Positions 62,150 to 64,000 of a stretch of DNA of 64,000 bases are shown piece after piece. The translations under genes were made by a program, and so were the position numbers. Each line of letters opens with the position of its first letter. Position 1 is the first letter of the stretch. The stretch is from Cetorhinus maximus (Eukaryota): NCBI RefSeq assembly GCF_964194155.1, contig NC_135881.1, positions 204,104,001 through 204,168,000 of the forward strand, read 5' to 3'. A model generated the notes under the pieces. The model had not been told where the DNA came from, did not search any database, and was given only the letters and a program-made list of their open reading frames with translations.

Positions 62150-62822
62150 AGCAGAAAAGGCCATTCAGCCCTTTGAGCCAGCTCTGCCATTCAGTAAGAT
62201 CATGGCTGATCTGATTCTGGCCTTAACTCTTTCTTTTAATTCATTCATGGGGTGTGGGCATCGCTGGCTAGGCCAGCATTTATTACCCATCCCTAATTGC
62301 CCTCGTTCAGAGGGCATTTAGAAGTCAACCACATTGCTGTGGGCCTGGAGTGACTTGTAGGCCAGACCTGGTAAGGATGGCAGATTTCCTTCCCTAAAGG
62401 ACATTAGTGAACCAGATGGATTTTTACAACAATCCAATGTTTTTGTGGACATCATCAGACTTTTAATTCCAGATTTTCTTTCATTTAATTCAAATTCCGC
62501 CATTGGGATTCAAATGTGGGTCCCCAGAGCATTACTCTGGGTCTCTGGATGACTAGTCCAGCGACAACACCACTACGCCATTGCCTCCCCTCAAAAACTG
62601 CTTTCTTTCCTACCCTATGCCCCCCTCCCTCCCCATAAGTCTTGACTCTCCTTGTCAATGAAGAATTTGTCTAGCTTAGCCTTAAATATATTCAATGACC
62701 AAACCTCCACTGCTCTCTGGGAAAGAGATTTCCAAAGACTAACAACCCTCTGAGAGAAGAAATTCCTCCTCATCTCGGTCTTAAATGGGAGACCCCCTTA
62801 TTCTGAAATGTGCCCCCTGATT
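62150..62822 (-). mobile_element. CR1 3' fragment with nested LINE-tail/SINE piece (~62238-62590; related to 38722-39045)
   Basis: CR1 tail ggccattcagccc...agatcatggctgat; nested gtcaaccacattgctgtggg...ggattcaaa element. Confidence 0.7.
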
Positions 62823-63029
62823 CAGAGGGCATTTCTTTACCCAAAGAATGTGGAACTTGCTACCACGGAGAGTAGTTGAGGCTTAGATACGTTTCAGAGG
62901 AAGCTGGATAAATACACGAGGGAGAAAGGAATAGAAGGATATGTTGACAAGTTGAGGTAAAGTTGAGTGAAAGGATGCTTGTGTGGAGTGTAAACACCAG
63001 TGGATACCAATTGGACCAATTGCTTTGGA

Positions 63030-63515
63030 GTGGGCACAAGAGAGATTTACCAGGTTTGTAACAGGGATGAGGGATTAGAGTTCCGCTGAGGGACTAGAGA
63101 AGCTGGGGCTGATCTTAAAGCAGAGAAGACTACCAGGAGATTTGAGAGATCCGTTTAAAGACATGAAGGATTTAGATGGAGTCAGTAAAAACAAACATTT
63201 CCTAGCGGCTGAAGGTTTGGTAACCAGGGGGCACTGATTTAAGGTGATTGACAAAAGAACCAGGGACGAGATGGGGGGAAAAACTATTCTATGCGACAAG
63301 TGGTTAGGATTTGGAATGCGCCTACCTGATAGGGTGGCGGATTAAGATTGGATTGCAGCCTTCCAACAGGGAATTGGGAAAACACTTGAAGGAGAAAACA
63401 TGGCAGGGATGTGTGGAAAGAGCAGGGGTGAAGCGTGACCTACTGGGTCGCTCTTCGAAGGGGCAGGCACGGACTCGATGGGCCGAATGGCTGCCTCCTG
63501 GGCTGTGCTATTAAA
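63030..63515 (+). mobile_element. CR1 LINE 3' fragment
   Basis: agagatttaccagg...agggatgaggga...gatgggccgaatggctgcctcc. Confidence 0.8.
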
Positions 63516-63851
63516 TGATTCTGCGAAATTCGACGGAATCTCTCAACTTTGTTGGGCAAGTTGCGAGCGTTTCTCCTGGAGCCACAGTTGGGTTGCTTCC
63601 TCCATTACATTAATTTTTAAACTGGCATATTGAGTTCTCTGGTAATAAATGTCCTGTAGGTTAATTGGTTCAGGTTCTATTTCCCATTCCGTGTCGCCTT
63701 TTATTCTAGCACTATTGAATTTTCAATGGAGTGTCGAAGTTAAAAATGATGGTGTAACTCTCTGCATGGTGATGTTTTAATTTAGTAATGTAACCTTTTT
63801 GTATCACATCTCCAGAATACTGAACAAACCTCATCTGCCTCTCTCCCACAG

Positions 63852-63896
63852 GATCTTCGGGACGTGTGGCTTAATTATCCACTTCATCCTTTGCAA
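63852..63896 (+). CDS. DROSHA: DROSHA coding exon (45 nt, phase 0-0): DLRDVWLNYPLHPLQ
   Basis: cccacag|GAT ... CAA|gtaag; matches human DLREVWLNYPLHPLQ; the gene continues beyond the window. Confidence 0.96.
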
Positions 63897-64000
63897 GTAA
63901 GAGCCAGTTCCGATTGTTCTTTAATCTTAACAATAGTAATAGGAGCCGGAGTGGGCCACATGGCCAATCGAGCCTACTCCACCATCCAATACGATCATGG

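Overview
Vertebrate genomic DNA; the repeat repertoire points to a cartilaginous fish (shark-like), which is an inference. The whole window lies inside one plus-strand gene, DROSHA (RNase III of the Microprocessor). Ten GT-AG coding exons (895 nt, ~298 aa) splice in frame and encode the end of the central domain plus the RNase IIIa domain (ERLEFLGD...ANCFEA). The ORF track mostly misses them, and nearly all of its ORFs are noise or decayed transposon fragments. The introns are packed with CR1 and L2-group LINE fragments, two Penelope-like element (PLE) families carrying minimal hammerhead-ribozyme motifs and inverted termini, Deu-domain SINEs, GC-rich Harbinger-like MITEs, solo LTRs, a possible ERV env/LTR remnant and a tRNA-Lys pseudogene. 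The most notable feature is a ~358-bp, ~94%-identical inverted repeat not matching any other repeat here (10757-11114 / 13257-13614). It ends ~200 nt before a DROSHA exon and loops out candidate cryptic exons and a sense-strand hammerhead motif. Several pri-miRNA-shaped hairpins also lie in DROSHA's own introns. Functional interpretations of these structures are hypotheses. All alignments were done by eye and repeat boundaries are approximate.
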